Shown here piece by piece: positions 25,907-39,639 of a stretch of DNA of 64,000 bases (position 1 is the first letter of the stretch; each line of letters begins with the position of its first letter). Source of the DNA: Kudoa neothunni (lineage: Eukaryota > Animalia > Cnidaria); assembly GCA_964304625.1 (NCBI GenBank), contig OZ199838.1:11882524-11946523 (forward strand), read 5' to 3'. The notes beneath the pieces were generated by a model. The model was not told the DNA's origin. It worked only from the letters and a program-made list of their open reading frames with translations, and did no database searches. A program made the translations under genes and the position numbers.

Positions 25907-28600
25907 CTAATATTTAGAATATAGGCTAACACTGATATTTTGACATTTGAAATGACTACATTCTAAGCATACATCACAACCTATAGATGATTCCATGTTC
26001 CCAATCGTGTTTTTACAGATACTGAATATATATCCAACAGTTTTTTGGTTTTTTATAATCGTTTTAATATTATAAATGACGTCGTCAGTAAAATAAGGAA
26101 ATATTGTATCAATTTTAACCCTTTGGTCAAGAATTGCGTCACTTACGTTATCGGAAAAATCCTCGACATCATTTTCATCAATTTTTTCTTTATTAACCAT
26201 AGCCTTTCTCGCAATTTTTATCAACGAACCAACTCAGCATAGCTATATATTATTTAAAAAATTTATAATATACTCGAAATTGTTTGCCTTCCAGTTGAAT
26301 TCATTAACGAATTCATGCGAACTTAGATCTTTTTTACCAATTACAGTCGTAGATGAACCTTTAGGGCGGCCTTTGTATTTAATTTTTGAAGGAAAAATTA
26401 ATTCTACCTTTTGAATCAAAAATATAATTAACTATTGCATTACTTGAAATTTTATTATCTTTATCAGATATCTCAGATGATTTTCACCATTATTGTATTT
26501 TTCTCTATAATTAGAATAAATATTTAAACAGAGATTCCGTTTTACTCTTGTTGACTTTCGTTTATAGGACAGTGATGTAATTCTCAATCTAGAAAGCTCA
26601 AAATTAATATTACATTATATTATATAGAAAAATACATTTAGACACAGTGATATTTTTTCTTGGGGCTGTTGAGACCTCAAGACCTCACGTATAGAGTCAT
26701 TATCGTTAAGTCTTGTTATCGCAATTTTTTCATTATTTTCAACGCATTCCACAAACTGTTTCAGCATATCTATCCAATAGTTATATTCAGAGTCTGTTTT
26801 TTCCGAGATTCTAGCAGCGACGGTTTTCATTAACCTAGAAGCTTCATTAAATTTTTTCTGTTCTGAATATTGAACATTCTTGGAAAAAGAACTGAAAGTA
26901 ATCGAATCGCTTCCAAAGTCGACATCATTCTTTTTGCAAACATTTTCTTTCAACCTGGAATTTTCAATAACGTAATTTTTCGTCCATTTCTTGGAGCACA
27001 AAGATTTATCAAAAAGTGAAAGATTACACTTTTTCCGAGATGTAAATACGTGCCAGCATGGTAAGTTCATGCTGATTCTAAAGGGACAACCACATTTACC
27101 ATTAGAAGACATATTAAAACTATCTGGAAAAATTTCGTCACCGATGTTTTCTGGCGATAGAAGAACTTTAGAATATTCATTTGAAACCATTTGAAATGGG
27201 TATTTGGTTAAATAATTATAATACTCGATTATGTCAGGATCAATGAATTTTAGAGGAATCTAAAATTTCTTGAACAGCCTTATTATCATTCTCCATTCTT
27301 GAAGTATTTATGTAAACCAGAAACTTCTTGAAAAATTCTTCAAAAGAGGAAAACAACGGAATCACTCGTTTTACTTTGGAATTGACACATTCAATTCTCT
27401 TATTGATAAAATTTAAGAACATTCCATGGTATCTCCGTAAACTAATAATCCATTCATCTTTTATAGTATGCCAATTATTTTTAAAATAACGATAAACATT
27501 TTCTCCTACGTTATCCTTAAATTGTTTTTTTGTAAAATTATATTCATCATTGTTTTTGGCGTATGAGATTTTTTGTAGGTAAAAGAGTGAAATTAATTTT
27601 TCCTTGGAATTAATGTTCATTTTCTCGACCTTGATTTCATGATTAAATGCTTTTAAGACATGATAAAGACATAATTGAATGTTAGCATTTAGAAAAATAC
27701 TTTTTAAAACTTTTCGCTCTACCATGTCTTTGTCTGTTATAAAAATTTTAGTCTCGTTTTCTATAACTGGGTTATGCTTTTTAATTGTTTTAATAAACCA
27801 TGATAATATTTCCTCAGTCTCGCTCATCCTCTTCCATCCAGTACCACAAGAAAATAAACTGGAGCTCTACAATCTAATAATTTATATGTGGCGTCAATAA
27901 ATATTATTTTGGGTATTTTTTCACATCGAAATCTTGATAAAAAGGCCCTTAAATTATTTTCACCTTCTAACACTTCAGTAAATACATTAGAATTATTTTT
28001 TAGAGTTAACGAACAATCAAGTGTGGTTGAATTGGATTTAATTGAATATTTAATGTTTCTTAACTTTTTGAGTGAAACGTATTTTCCCCTTGTCCCTAAA
28101 ACTTTTATCTTAGCCTTTGAATTGCCGTCGACTTCAACAAGTTGGGTGATATATGTAATCTCCCTATCATTAAGTTTTTTTGTCTTTGACGAAAATTTTG
28201 AGAGTAAACTAAGAAAATCGTGGTTGTGCGATAAATTAAGAGATTTTAACACAAGTTTTTTCCCATCGGTGTCAATTAGAAACCTTAAAAACACTGGGCA
28301 TCTCTTCAATAAGAGTTCGTATTTCGTTGACCAGTTGATCGCTTTCTCTAAAATAATGAAACCAATAAATAACTTAACAAATAGATAAAAATATGTCTAA
28401 CAACAAAACAATAATTAACCTTAAATAAAAAATATTGAACAAAATAAAACGATTTACCTTTTCCCCCGTGAATACAACAATATTTTAATTGATAATATTT
28501 TAATAATGGATTTAACACTCGATCACATTGTTTTTGGGCACTCTCAATGGTTTTGCAATCTAATATGAACATCGTATATTTATCGCGGAATTCCTACTGT
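25907..28600 (-). mobile_element. Mutator-like (MULE) transposase with SWIM and PHD-like fingers, decayed
   Basis: Motifs: YYQLKYCCIHGGK, CPVFLRF...HNH, IFIDATYKL, FITDKDMVER...QLCLYHVLKAF, SWIM CGCPFRISMNLPCWH, KGRPKG, and a PHD-like IGCDVCLECSHFKC. Several frameshifts and deletions; TIRs not resolved. Confidence 0.92.
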
Positions 28601-29213
28601 TCGATTTTCAACTTTAACTCTTCAAAGCTACTCAACGTATCATCAACGTTAAAAAACTATTCTCGTTAGTGTTAACATCATGGCTGCTTCCATCACTCTT
28701 GTTGCTGTTCATCGCGTATGAATAACCACGCTACATGAAATACAAGGTTCATAAAATTTAACGCCACGACTTAATTTAGATACTATCACCATATCAATTT
28801 ATTCACAAATTTCCGTGATAAAATATAAGTTAAATAAATAATATTAGAAAAAGATAATCACTCTGTGCCAATAACAATTCCCAACTGGAGCGATTCGAAT
28901 AACAAGAATGTATTTGTAAACTTTGTAATTTAACAACTAGGAAATAAAAATACAAATTTTACTTTTTTAAGATTACAAAATCGTAAAACGATCGTAAAAC
29001 TGACCTGCCGGGTCAATAGTCACTGCCATTGTTATAAGCGGGATTTATAGTTCTGAGGGTATAATCACACATGACGTTGTGCATTAAATGTTTCCCGGGT
29101 AACAAATATTGATTCAATGCAATCGTTACATGATCACACGTTGAAATTCAGTATAATCTACATGATGAAAATTAAAAATTTTATTTTTGGTAAACAACGC
29201 ACGCGCGACTGTC

Positions 29214-32200
29214 ATGATGTCAAAGGAGTTGGATGGGGCATTTCCGCACGATTTATTCGTTGATCAAAGTGGGCAGAAACTTGTTTTCACTATTCCCTAT
29301 TATCCTGAGCGAGTGAAGCTGTCAAGATTGATCAAGGTAGCAAGTTTAATTAATTGTTTGACTTGATTGGCTACAGTTGGGAGGTGGGAACGTCACCAAC
29401 ATATCCAAAACGAGTTCAATAAGGTATTCTGAATGATTTTTCTCATTAAAATAAATGTTTTCAATTGTCTATTTAAAGATTAACAACTGATATGAACGGC
29501 TTGGATCATAATGTTCACGTTAGTTACATCACAGATTGTATCAGGGAGAAAAAATTGTTGCCCTTAGATGACTACAGGTAATATTCATGATTTTTATAGT
29601 TTAATTTCTAAAATGGAGCATATTGACACCCCCGCTCGCCGATAATAGCGGAATTATAAGCCATTTTCCAATGAAATACATATATTTTTTAGCTGGTATA
29701 GACAATTTGTCGAATAATTTAACATCTTAATCTTAGTGTTTGTTCGTTTATTTCATCTTTCCAATAAATACAGAACTTTTTACTTTAATTAAACTATCGT
29801 TTTTTGATGCTCTCAACTAATTTCATTGAATAACTTTGTTAGAGAACAATTGGGTTCTGTTGTTGTAGACGTTATTTTAGACAAAAAAGACAGTTGGCAA
29901 ATGTCTACAATACGATTCTTTGTTCATCACCTGTTGCACCAAAGTAAGCATTTACTGCTTGGCAGTAATTGTTACCATGGTTTTTGTTTTTTATCAGAGG
30001 AAAAATGCGGTATACTCCCGAAGAAGATGAAATTATTAAAGAATATATTGAACAACATGCTTGCTATAATAATTTTTTCACTCCCGGGGGCGTTGCGATA
30101 TGGAAGAAAATGGAAAAGGAAAAGGTGAATTATTACGTCTTAAATAATCAGTTTTTTTATTCGATATGGAAACAATTAACCATTTATCAGTGTTATTTAT
30201 GCATACAATCATAAAACACTAATAAATTTGGTAGCCGATTTTTTCGTAACTACATTAAGGACGAACAATCCATCCTGGAGGCCTTTTCGTATTTTCAAGC
30301 GCACGCCCTAAACGCAAAATTTTCATTTAATCTAGAACGAATAGTCCGTCCGGCTTCTTGTTCATTTTATTATATCAATGAATAAAGTTTTATCATTATA
30401 TGGATGATGCTAAAACGTTTTCTAATAATACGACAATTTCCTCTTTTTGGTCAATATTTCACACGATGTAAACCCTTTGAACCCCGAATTTAATTCAGTG
30501 ACTGAAAAAAAATTAGGGATCATTATGTTCAATTTTTAATTATTTTATACAAAATATCACAAAATTCAAGCACTCATTTCAAAAATTAAAAAGATACACA
30601 CATGGTGCCAAATGGTGACATAGGGACATCGCTTATTTCAATATGAGGGAGTGCGCGTTTTTATGTTATTTTGTTTTTAACAACAAAAATACTTTTTCAC
30701 CACCACCACCACCATCAGAAATGAAATATTAAATTATTTATTACAATTTCGACAATCCAAAAACGGTTTCTGTTTTTATTGAGGTGAAAATGGACATTGT
30801 ACGAAATGAAAATATGTTTCAACAATCTATCTTTGAAGAATTGGTTGAAATAGGTGAAGTATCCAAATATAATGCCTTCAACTTGTTCTAAAATATCGGC
30901 TGTTTCAATATCATTGTTTATTTAGTTTTTTGCGTTCGTTGTCTAGTTTAAACGATATTCATCTTCCTGCTCATCACTAGAACCTTATTCGTACACAATA
31001 TCACCATATTGACTATACGAAACGGAATCCGATTACATCCTAACGTCTGATTTGTCCGCACCTGGTGATAATATGATTTTTAAAATTCTTCTCTGTATGT
31101 TCCATACCCCAATCTAATCATAATTCATTCTAAAGAATGTAAACACACTTAAATCGAGGGAGGAACGTGACAACACTCGCTATACTCGGTAGCCCAATGT
31201 TGCCAAATGGCAACATGAGTTAATTTGTCCTTGTAGTATACATATCGAAACATATTTTCTTCTTAGATTCATTTTTGGAATAACTTATTTAATCGTGTAT
31301 GTGTATACTTTTTAACTTTACTGAAACCTCGATGTTCTAAATTCAATTGTAGGATACTTTTAGCCTTTTATAATTTCCGTAAATTTTGATATTCATCTGT
31401 ATTTCTCTTGATATAAAGCAAACAAATTTTTAAAGTTCATTTTTCTAAAATCTAATAAAAATTAACTGTATTATTATAATAAAGATAGAATTAAAATACT
31501 GCCATTTGGCAACAAGATAGAATTAAAATACTGCCATTTGGCAACATTGGGGTTAAAATTGTCTATAGATTAAAATATTTTACAACAAAATTTTGGCTTC
31601 ACTTCATGTTAAACTTTCAGAATATTAACAAATTTCGTATTTTTCGCGCTTTTTTTGATTTTTCCTACCGTTTCTAAAGCACGAAAAATCCGCCAACGTT
31701 TTTGAAAATTACGAAAAATCTTCCATGATGAATTTTTCGGATTTGAAATCAACTTTTATTAAACATATTTTCTTGATTTGAATTCATATTGAATTCATAT
31801 TTAATATTAACGAAATATTTTCTAATATCCTTCCCTCTTTTGGAATATACAAAATCACGGGAAGATGGAAAGTACGAAAAATCGGTTATCTACTATATTT
31901 TAGGGTATTAGTTTTTTACAATTCTAATCGTATTATATGTCGAATACGCTTGCACCATAGCCATTTTTAATCTTCAAAAATCTTATTTATAGATTGTAGA
32001 TGCAATTTATTTTTAATTATCTACTATGTTTAATTATTTATGATGCAGATAACATTCTTTTATTGGCTATAAATAATAAAATATGGTAAATATTCGGTTG
32101 CCACCGATAATATTACAACAGTAACTAAACTTATGGGTCGTACGTAATATCGCAATAAAACATAAATTATTCAATATCGAGAAAATTTAACTTTTTTTTA

Positions 32201-34528
32201 AATTTTATGACATTAGTGGGATATTTTCTCAATTTGACTTTAGAACAATTATATTATCGATGGTTTTTATGCATTTTATGTCGTGCACAATGATTTTGTT
32301 CATAACTACTAAGATTATATAGCTTGTGTGTCAACAGGCGGTACAAAATTCCAACTCTGTCCCAAAAGTTAAATTAATAAAATTTTATCAAAAAGTAGCG
32401 AGTAAATCAACCGCTAAATTTGGAACAAGGAAGATCTTTGATGTGTAAGCAAGATCTGCCCCAAATACTATTTTAGACATACAGACTAGTTGTTTTAACA
32501 TTATAATGATTTCTCTGTACCAAATTAAGAAAAACTCTCGAAGAGAGAAAATGTGGATATTGATCTACAAATGAAAGAGTGGGTGGATTTGATGAGAGCA
32601 AAAAATTGAGGATTATCGATAAGTTAGCGTCGGTAAAGCTAATGAATTCCTTATGATGCCTTGCAATCAATACCTGTATCTACTAATTGGTTTATGACAT
32701 TATAAAAAGATTTGGCATTTCGCGTAATGCATTTTTTGATAAATTTTCAACCATATTGCATTAAAAATTACTTCACATATTAAACTAAATAAGTATGCTA
32801 GTTGATCAAAATATAACCTAATTTTTTTAATTCGTTTATTTTCACATGCTAAAAGTTGTGTCGTGCATAATGATTTTGACTTCCTTTTTGATTATGCATG
32901 ACCCATAAGTCATTGTATTTAAGATAGTCACTTCTATGGTTTTAAAGAGGTGTCTATTTTGGTACAAGTATAATCCCTTGTTTGTAAATCTGAGTTGTGG
33001 CAGATTACAACAAGTACATTGTATGTGCCATCTATTGATCTATAGATGGGAGATGAATGATTAAAAATTAATATAGTGCAAGTGCAAATAGCATCTACTA
33101 TCACATTTTCAATAGTCAAAGATAATAACTTTAAGTTTAATATGGCTTCGGCCACATTTTTTTTCTATAGAAATATTAAGTGGCTTTCAGACTATATTCT
33201 TTGTTTATTCTGACAAAAGAAAATAATTGTTATTATTCCAAACATATTTTTCTAGGTTACAAAACATTCATGGCAATCTATGAAACAACGCTATCTAAAA
33301 TATATAAGGGTCGATGCGAGATGTAATTGTGATGCTAAGTGTTATTGAAATTGTAGTTTGTGTAGCTACTTTCGCCAGAAATCCTATTCCTCATTCCGAT
33401 GATCAATCATTATCTGACTCCAGTGATAATACTACCAAATTGACGCCCAAGCAGCTATCGTCTCGGTATTTGATTGTGTTCGTAGTCAGCTTCATGTAAG
33501 CTATTGCGTTAAAGTGTTGATATTTTGCATGATACTACCATGGAAGATAATAACCTAAAATCAAATTCTAATATAAATGTAATTTTTTCTGAAATTGAGT
33601 TGTCACAATACACATAAATATTAATCGGTGTTTGTTTTAATTGTGAAGTCCACCCAAAACACAGTCAAATCGGCTCATCAGAATAATTCCCAAAAATCGC
33701 CGATAAAACACGGAGCTGACACAGTGAATTTTATTGTTAAGTCGCAACATCAATCGTATATTCTGTTGTTATTGAAGTTCTTGTGGCTGGAAAATTTGTA
33801 AATATGTCTAATTAGTAGTGATTCAGATATCGACAATATGCCACAAAACAATTCCAATAATTCTGCTAACGCAAACAATGAACGTATTTTTTATCCTAGA
33901 TCAGATGTTTTGATTCATTTTTAGATGCGCTTGACGATTGGTTTCCAATTAGGTGCCTGAAACATCACACAAATATTTTCTTATTTTGACGTTTTCTTTT
34001 TAGATCCAATTTTGAAGTGAGAGTGATTTTAGAAGATGCTCTTAAACAACCATTACGTGTATTGAATAACAAAAATAATGAACCTAGATTCGTTGAACCT
34101 GAAATTCCACCCGCTGATATCCTCCACACAACTTATTTTATGGTAATACAAGAAATAAACAATATTGTAGAAGTAAACAATAATTTGGTGAATTGTTGTA
34201 GGAACCCGATGATATATCGATTATTTCAATTCATTCAATGTCCAGAAATAACGAATTTAATGTTTTCGAGCCAAGTATCGATCCATGCGGAAGTGGATCA
34301 TTTTTGGGGGACATCAAAAAAAATATAAGCGACCCTGAAGTAACCGTTCTGGGCGATTCTGAATGTGAAACAAGCGTAAGTGACTATTCAACGTCAGAAA
34401 CCTCCAGCAATTGCTCAACACCACCAAAATCTAATCGAATAAATAATGACATCGCTAGTAGCGATTCACGCCATGGTTACACTGTATGGGATGAACGCAT
34501 CGATTCGAGTAGTGAGGAATCTGAGTGA
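29214..34528 (+). CDS. TERF2IP: Telomeric RAP1 (TERF2IP)-like protein: BRCT + Myb + low-complexity tail
   Basis: Exons 29214-29336, 29377-29423 and 29479-29577 encode the BRCT (LFVDQSGQKLVF...KLSRLIKLGGGNV...SYITDCIREKKLLPLDDYR). Exons 29869-29943 and 29998-30124 give the Myb start (GKMRYTPEEDEII...GVAIWKKMEKEK). After a 3.1-kb intron, an in-frame exon from 33256 reads VTKHSWQSMKQRYLKYI, the Rap1 Myb recognition helix. The downstream Ser/acidic exons to the stop at 34528 are less certain. Confidence 0.85.
30473..31554 (-). mobile_element. piggyBac-like non-autonomous remnant in the RAP1 intron
   Basis: The left end reads AACCCTTTGAACCCC and the right end TTGGGGTTAAA. TGCCAAATGGCAAC/TGCCATTTGGCAAC subterminal motifs recur near 30606, 31201, 31500 and 31532. 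There is an acidic N-terminal-like remnant on the minus strand (GSSDEQEDEY). Confidence 0.5.
31482..31545. repeat. Perfect 32-bp tandem duplication
   Basis: AAGATAGAATTAAAATACTGCCATTTGGCAAC occurs at 31482-31513 and 31514-31545. Confidence 0.95.
32129..32910. mobile_element. TIR-bounded non-autonomous element (MITE) in the RAP1 intron
   Basis: ACTTATGGGTCGTACGTAAT (32129-32148) and the reverse complement of 32891-32910 (ACTTATGGGTCATGCATAAT) match 17/20. The internal direct repeat GTCGTGCA(C/T)AATGATTTTG occurs near 32280 and 32860. Confidence 0.6.
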
Positions 34529-35029
34529 ATCCCACAACAAACGTTTCTATCTTAACCATAGTGTGATATAGCTTATATTTTGTACGTGACTAGTTTGAAG
34601 ACAGTATCTCCAATTTTTTGGGTATTTATTATAAATTATTTGTGTCCATTTTCTGAATGCTGAGTTTTATTCTTGCATTACGATACCTAATTTTAACCCT
34701 TCGTAAGTCAATAGGAACGTTTGAAATTTAAATTATTCAATTCTTTGCATAGATATGCATTAATTTTGTCGCTCTTCTATGCACAAACATGAGCAAAAAC
34801 GTGCGCAATATGAAGCTTCTGAAGGGTTACTACAGGTCGCATACTCTACCATTACCTGGTTATCCTACAAGGCTTTAATATAAATCTCACAGCATACGGA
34901 TTAAACTAGATTTACAAAGAAATAATATTTTTGCGTTAATTATTAATGTATTAATTGCGACAATAAAACAAAAGAGGGATGTATCTGACAAAATATTTTA
35001 TAATATTTGCGGTTTGCAACATGATTCAT

Positions 35030-35521
35030 TTATTTATTGAGATCAAATTTTCCAGTTGAACCATAACCATTAGCCCCTCGTTCGGTATTATCCAACAACT
35101 AATACCAGAAATGAAAAATAAATCAAGTAATGGGGGAAAATACTTCAACAGAGACCACATCAGCGTAGGAAATTTTCTCCATAATGAGTTGGGCAATTCT
35201 TTCACCTTCTTTGACGCGATATTCCCCATCGGTATGATTGAAAAGTATGACACCTATATTGCCACGATAATCCTCATCGATGACTCCAGCACCAACGTCA
35301 ATGCCAAATTTGTATGCAAGACCGGATCTAGGCGCAACACGACCATAATGCCCTTCTGGTATGGCAATCTGAATGCCGGTGCCAACCAACATGTGCTTTC
35401 TAGGTGGAATAATCACATCTTCGCACGCGTGTAAATCCAAACCAGCTGCTTTTTTGGATGATCTCACGGGAAGAATAGCTTTTGGATGGTTAACTCTGAC
35501 TCTTAAAACGTTGTTGTTCAT
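35030..35521 (-). CDS. DUT: dUTP pyrophosphatase (trimeric dUTPase)
   Basis: Exon 35521-35144 carries motifs 1-4 (AGLDL, GRVAPRSGL, AGVIDEDYRG, ERIAQL). A 45-bp GT-AG intron follows, and exon 35098-35030 supplies motif 5 (RGANGYGSTG). Confidence 0.97.
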
Positions 35522-36415
35522 TGGTTAAACCTGTTGAGTCGGGAATATTCGATCGTGCTGCGAGATTAGTGGGGAATTTGGCGGATGATCCTATCGACAA
35601 CCAAGTCACATATATCTGCTTTTTATATTCGATAGTCCAATAAGATGAGTGAATTTAAAAATTTGTTGATATTTACGACACAATAATCAATGCTAATCGA
35701 CAACAAATACGTGATGAAAATAATATAGGAGATTTAATTTGTGAAAAAATGTGCTTTAACTCATAGAGGATAACACTGGACTCTACGAGCACATCTATAC
35801 ATAAAATGGCCTAATATGCACCTTTTGTTAGTTTATTTTGTGGAAATTTCTTTCAAATTAATAAAATTACGTTCTCATTTGTTTTATAACATAACATTAA
35901 TTTAAAAAATTTTACGTATGAAATAGATTTAATTGTTATACAACTAAGTGTAAAGCTAACCTTATCTTTTACATGTCATATAATCCTAATATTGCGAGTT
36001 TTTAATTGATGTCTGGTTATTTTTCTTCTATTGACATTACATTAGACCAACGTTTCCAAACATTTTCGATCTAATCGAAACGTAAAGTAATTATAAAATA
36101 TTTATCAAACTCCTATTTGTTAGAATAATTACTGTTCGCTTTATACATATTTGTGTATGATTCCTCTGTGAAGTCTTCGGATAAATAGAGAAAATTCTAT
36201 GCGAAATAATCGTTATTTAAATATTATAAATAATAAATATTTACAAATGAATGTACGAATTGATCATGTGTGAATTAAAAAGTGTACATACATTTATTTT
36301 ATAACTCATAAATCAGAAAAATATGGGATGGTTTTTATCGAAAAATCTCATTATTAATTCGTCAATTGTAAAATCCATGATTTGAATACAAAAGTTAATT
36401 TTTGTAAATCTTCTA

Positions 36416-38053
36416 TCTACTATATATATAAAGCTGAAGTGTGCATGTGCCTCAACATTTTTTCCTTATAGAGAGACATTTATGAAATTTTTTAAAAATC
36501 ACAATGTTTCAAAAAATCTTTAAATCGTTTTCACGTTACAAAATGTTCCCTAAAGTGTTTAGAAAATGGTGATTTTGTCGATTCAAAGCTTTTTTGTCAG
36601 ATTACTTGGGTTCAACAATAGGATTAACGTCTGCTTATTGCCTGCTGATGGTCGGTCGAAGTTGATTTCCCCTTAAATGTTATATAAAATGTTGATTAAT
36701 TGCTGCTATCTGAGTTTGTATATAAATTTAGTGTGTAAATTTAGGTGTTAGTGCAGATCCACTTTTCATTTGTAGAGTTTTGACGTATTTGACTTGAAAA
36801 GTATATTTTAAAAGTTATATTAATGGTTTAAAATATGAGAAAAAGTCTATGTTTGCACCATTAATAGCGATTTGTTAAGGAATTCTACAATCAGATAGAT
36901 TGAAGCTTTATAATACAAGCACCATATCCGTAGATTTTATTGAGCTCACTCGCTAAGTTTAACTTTCTGTGATTAAATTCAATGCAGATGGTTGTACTCT
37001 TACTTCATCTTATTATTTGAATTATTTATATTGATATTTACTCGACTCGAAACTATTTGTGAGAAATGGTGCATTAATGTTCATGCCGGGATAAGGGATA
37101 ATAATTTGAGCATTAAAAATCGATTATCGTAAATTTTCTTCTATTTCTATATTTTACCTCCTCGGAAAATAATGACAAAAAATTTCGGAGTCGGGCCAGA
37201 ATCGGCTTTGAAAAATCCACGAACCAAAAAGTAACATTTTAGACAACACTTTAAGGTAATTTAAATAATTCAGGAATGTAGAAAAAATGACGCAAACTTT
37301 AAATTATTTAGCGTTGGTGCCCGGCCATGAAATTTTTAAATGAACGCCGGGATTGATACGTTCCTTCGCAGAAATGATCACAATTTAAATTTCGTCATTC
37401 CAAATCGTTAATGTATGATGCTTAAAATTTTCTAGTTATTTTTCTTTTATGGGTTAATTCACGACTTTAACATATTTTGTGAATGTTATTAACAATACAG
37501 TCTCTTCTCAATACGCGCCATGTAAGTTAATAAGAAATTATTGGTCTATTCGATCTAACCGATATTTTCTCTAAGTTTTCGTTAATCTAAGAATAGTTCA
37601 TTACAAAGAAATTTTTTAGGGCAATCAAACAGTTCGTTTATTTTGATAAGGGTACACTCCTTCGAGAAAACCAGTTGATATTTAAGCATTACTGTAATTT
37701 TTAAAACAAAAAACATCTTTACATTTTAGTTTTAATCATTTTTTATTAAGTATATTTGTATATTTTAGAATCAGTAAGTATTTTTGTTAAAAAAAAGGTT
37801 GCATTAATTTCTCTCAATGCCTCTATTTATATTTGCATGGAAAGTGCGCGCATAATTTTGTTTTTCGAAATCATTACACTGCAAAAATAATGACAAGCTT
37901 TAAAATTCACAAATTAAAATAGAAAAATGAAATTTACAGGGTTTAACGTGATAATCAGATTAAATCTTACGTAGAATTTCTCCATTCAAAAAAATAATAA
38001 AAGTAGAAATTTTCCATCACACAATACCAGGCAAAACTGGGCATTAGCGCTAG
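36416..38053 (+). mobile_element. Non-autonomous Helitron
   Basis: 5' end A|TCTACTATATATATAAAGCTG. The 3' end has a hairpin CCAG-GCAAAA-CTGG about 10 nt before CTAG|T (38050-38053). No TSD and no long ORF. Confidence 0.7.
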
Positions 38054-38871
38054 TTATTTAATAAATTAGTATCTCTTCAAATGGTCGTTGAATGTTTCAT
38101 AATTAAATTAAACTTTTAAAGAAAAATATTCACTAATAATTCAATAGTCAACAGCAATTAAGTATAAGGAATATGTTACGTAAACAACTAGATTAAAGTT
38201 TGGGTTTAGAATTGGACTCTAAGATTACTTTGATTGAGGACGTTTTCCATATGTTACTTTTGAGGTAACTATGCTAACTATTTTTTTCTTTTTCCATAGA
38301 GAAATTGTTTATAAATCTTTATTTTGAAACTTTCCCCCTTCAAGTTCATTGCTTTTCTCAAGAATGATTATCAGAATTTTCGAATTTTTTTTAATCACGT
38401 TATGTTAAAATTATTGACACACTTAACTTATCCTTTTAATTGATAGTCAACATGGCTACATCCATGAACCAACGATAGAATATTTTAAATATTTTTTAAA
38501 GTTACATTTTAAGGAAGATTACGTATAATAGAGTGTAAAGAAAGTTCTTATTTTTTGGGCGTTTAGAATTTAATTATAAAACTATAACTTTTTAAAATTA
38601 ATAGCTCGAGATCAACTATTAATTTTCATATAAATATGCGAAAGAATAATCTATATTATTTCCGTCGTACGGAGGCCGGAGGCTGTTCAGATATTGGCCC
38701 GATAAAATTTACTTTTTGTTTTCTAAAGATGGAGCAGTCGAAATTTTTGAAATTTTAAATCAATATGGAGCTTTGTAAAGATAATATTTTGTAAAAAATG
38801 TATGAAAACACTTTTCATAGTCATTAACAAACAAAAATGTCATCATCCCCTTGAGAACTTAGTGAGACAGT

Positions 38872-39639
38872 GGCTATTTCATATGCAGTTAATATCCCTA
38901 AAACTAACCAGTCGAATTTGTTAAAATTTCGTATGTTGCTATAACTTTATTAGATATAATTTTTTTCAGGTTTATACACAAATTTATGCATTAGATATTG
39001 ATGGTGGTTAAATCCGAAATAAAAGTACGCATTTCCATAGACAATCCATCCTCGAAAACTCTCAATGCGAGTTTAAGGGAGAAATTATTTTTTAATGTTC
39101 TTTTATTCTGTCATCCCATTCTTTATTCGCCTGTTAGTACCGTCGAAATACATCGATATATAATTTTGTATAATCGAAAAATGGATCGGTTGACTTAGTT
39201 ATTCTGTCTTTAATATTTAAGGGAATTCTTCCTAGCATTAATACAAGCTAAAAAATGATGCCATTTCATAAATCATGATAACACTTTCTAATTCATCAAA
39301 AGAATACAATTTCATGCCAACGTTGAATAAATTCTGATTCATCACTCTGCCGCACAAATTAATGAGTAACACGCACATAATCATGAAAAATTGTTGTTTT
39401 TGATTTTTAAACATTTCAATACATTTATAAATAAATAATTTGACAATTTATCCGGTTCTAAAATTAAAAAACATGTTTATATTCAGTCACGTGTTTTATT
39501 TTGAGGTCATCTATATAACATGTGGGTATATGTGTAAAAATTTATAAATAAGTTGATCTTTATTAATTGTGTTAAAATGTAAATTTTCAACCAATTCGAC
39601 TGGTTAGTATTAGAGATATTAATTGCCTGTGAAATAGCC
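38872..39639. mobile_element. MITE with about 60-bp TIRs (possibly Kolobok-like)
   Basis: GGCTATTTCATATGCAGTTAATATCCCTAAAACTAACCAGTCGAATT is inverted against AATTCGACTGGTTAGTATTAGAGATATTAATTGCCTGTGAAATAGCC. The inversion extends loosely to TTAG/TTAA a few bases further out. Confidence 0.8.

Noticed and set aside
31482-31545. The 32-bp direct repeat as a mini-CRISPR
   Set aside because: There are two adjacent copies with no spacer, so it is a simple tandem duplication at a TE end.
31868-31896. Tigger-like TIR (AAAATCGGTTATCTACTATA)
   Set aside because: It is a solo end with no partner TIR or transposase nearby, so it is not called as an element.
33314-34528. ORFs 33314-33499, 34017-34328 and 34238-34528 as separate genes
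   Set aside because: They are bounded by splice signals and are better explained as 3' exons of the RAP1-like gene.
35030-35521. Viral or retroelement origin of the dUTPase
   Set aside because: It has a host-type 45-bp spliceosomal intron and no viral or pol neighbours.
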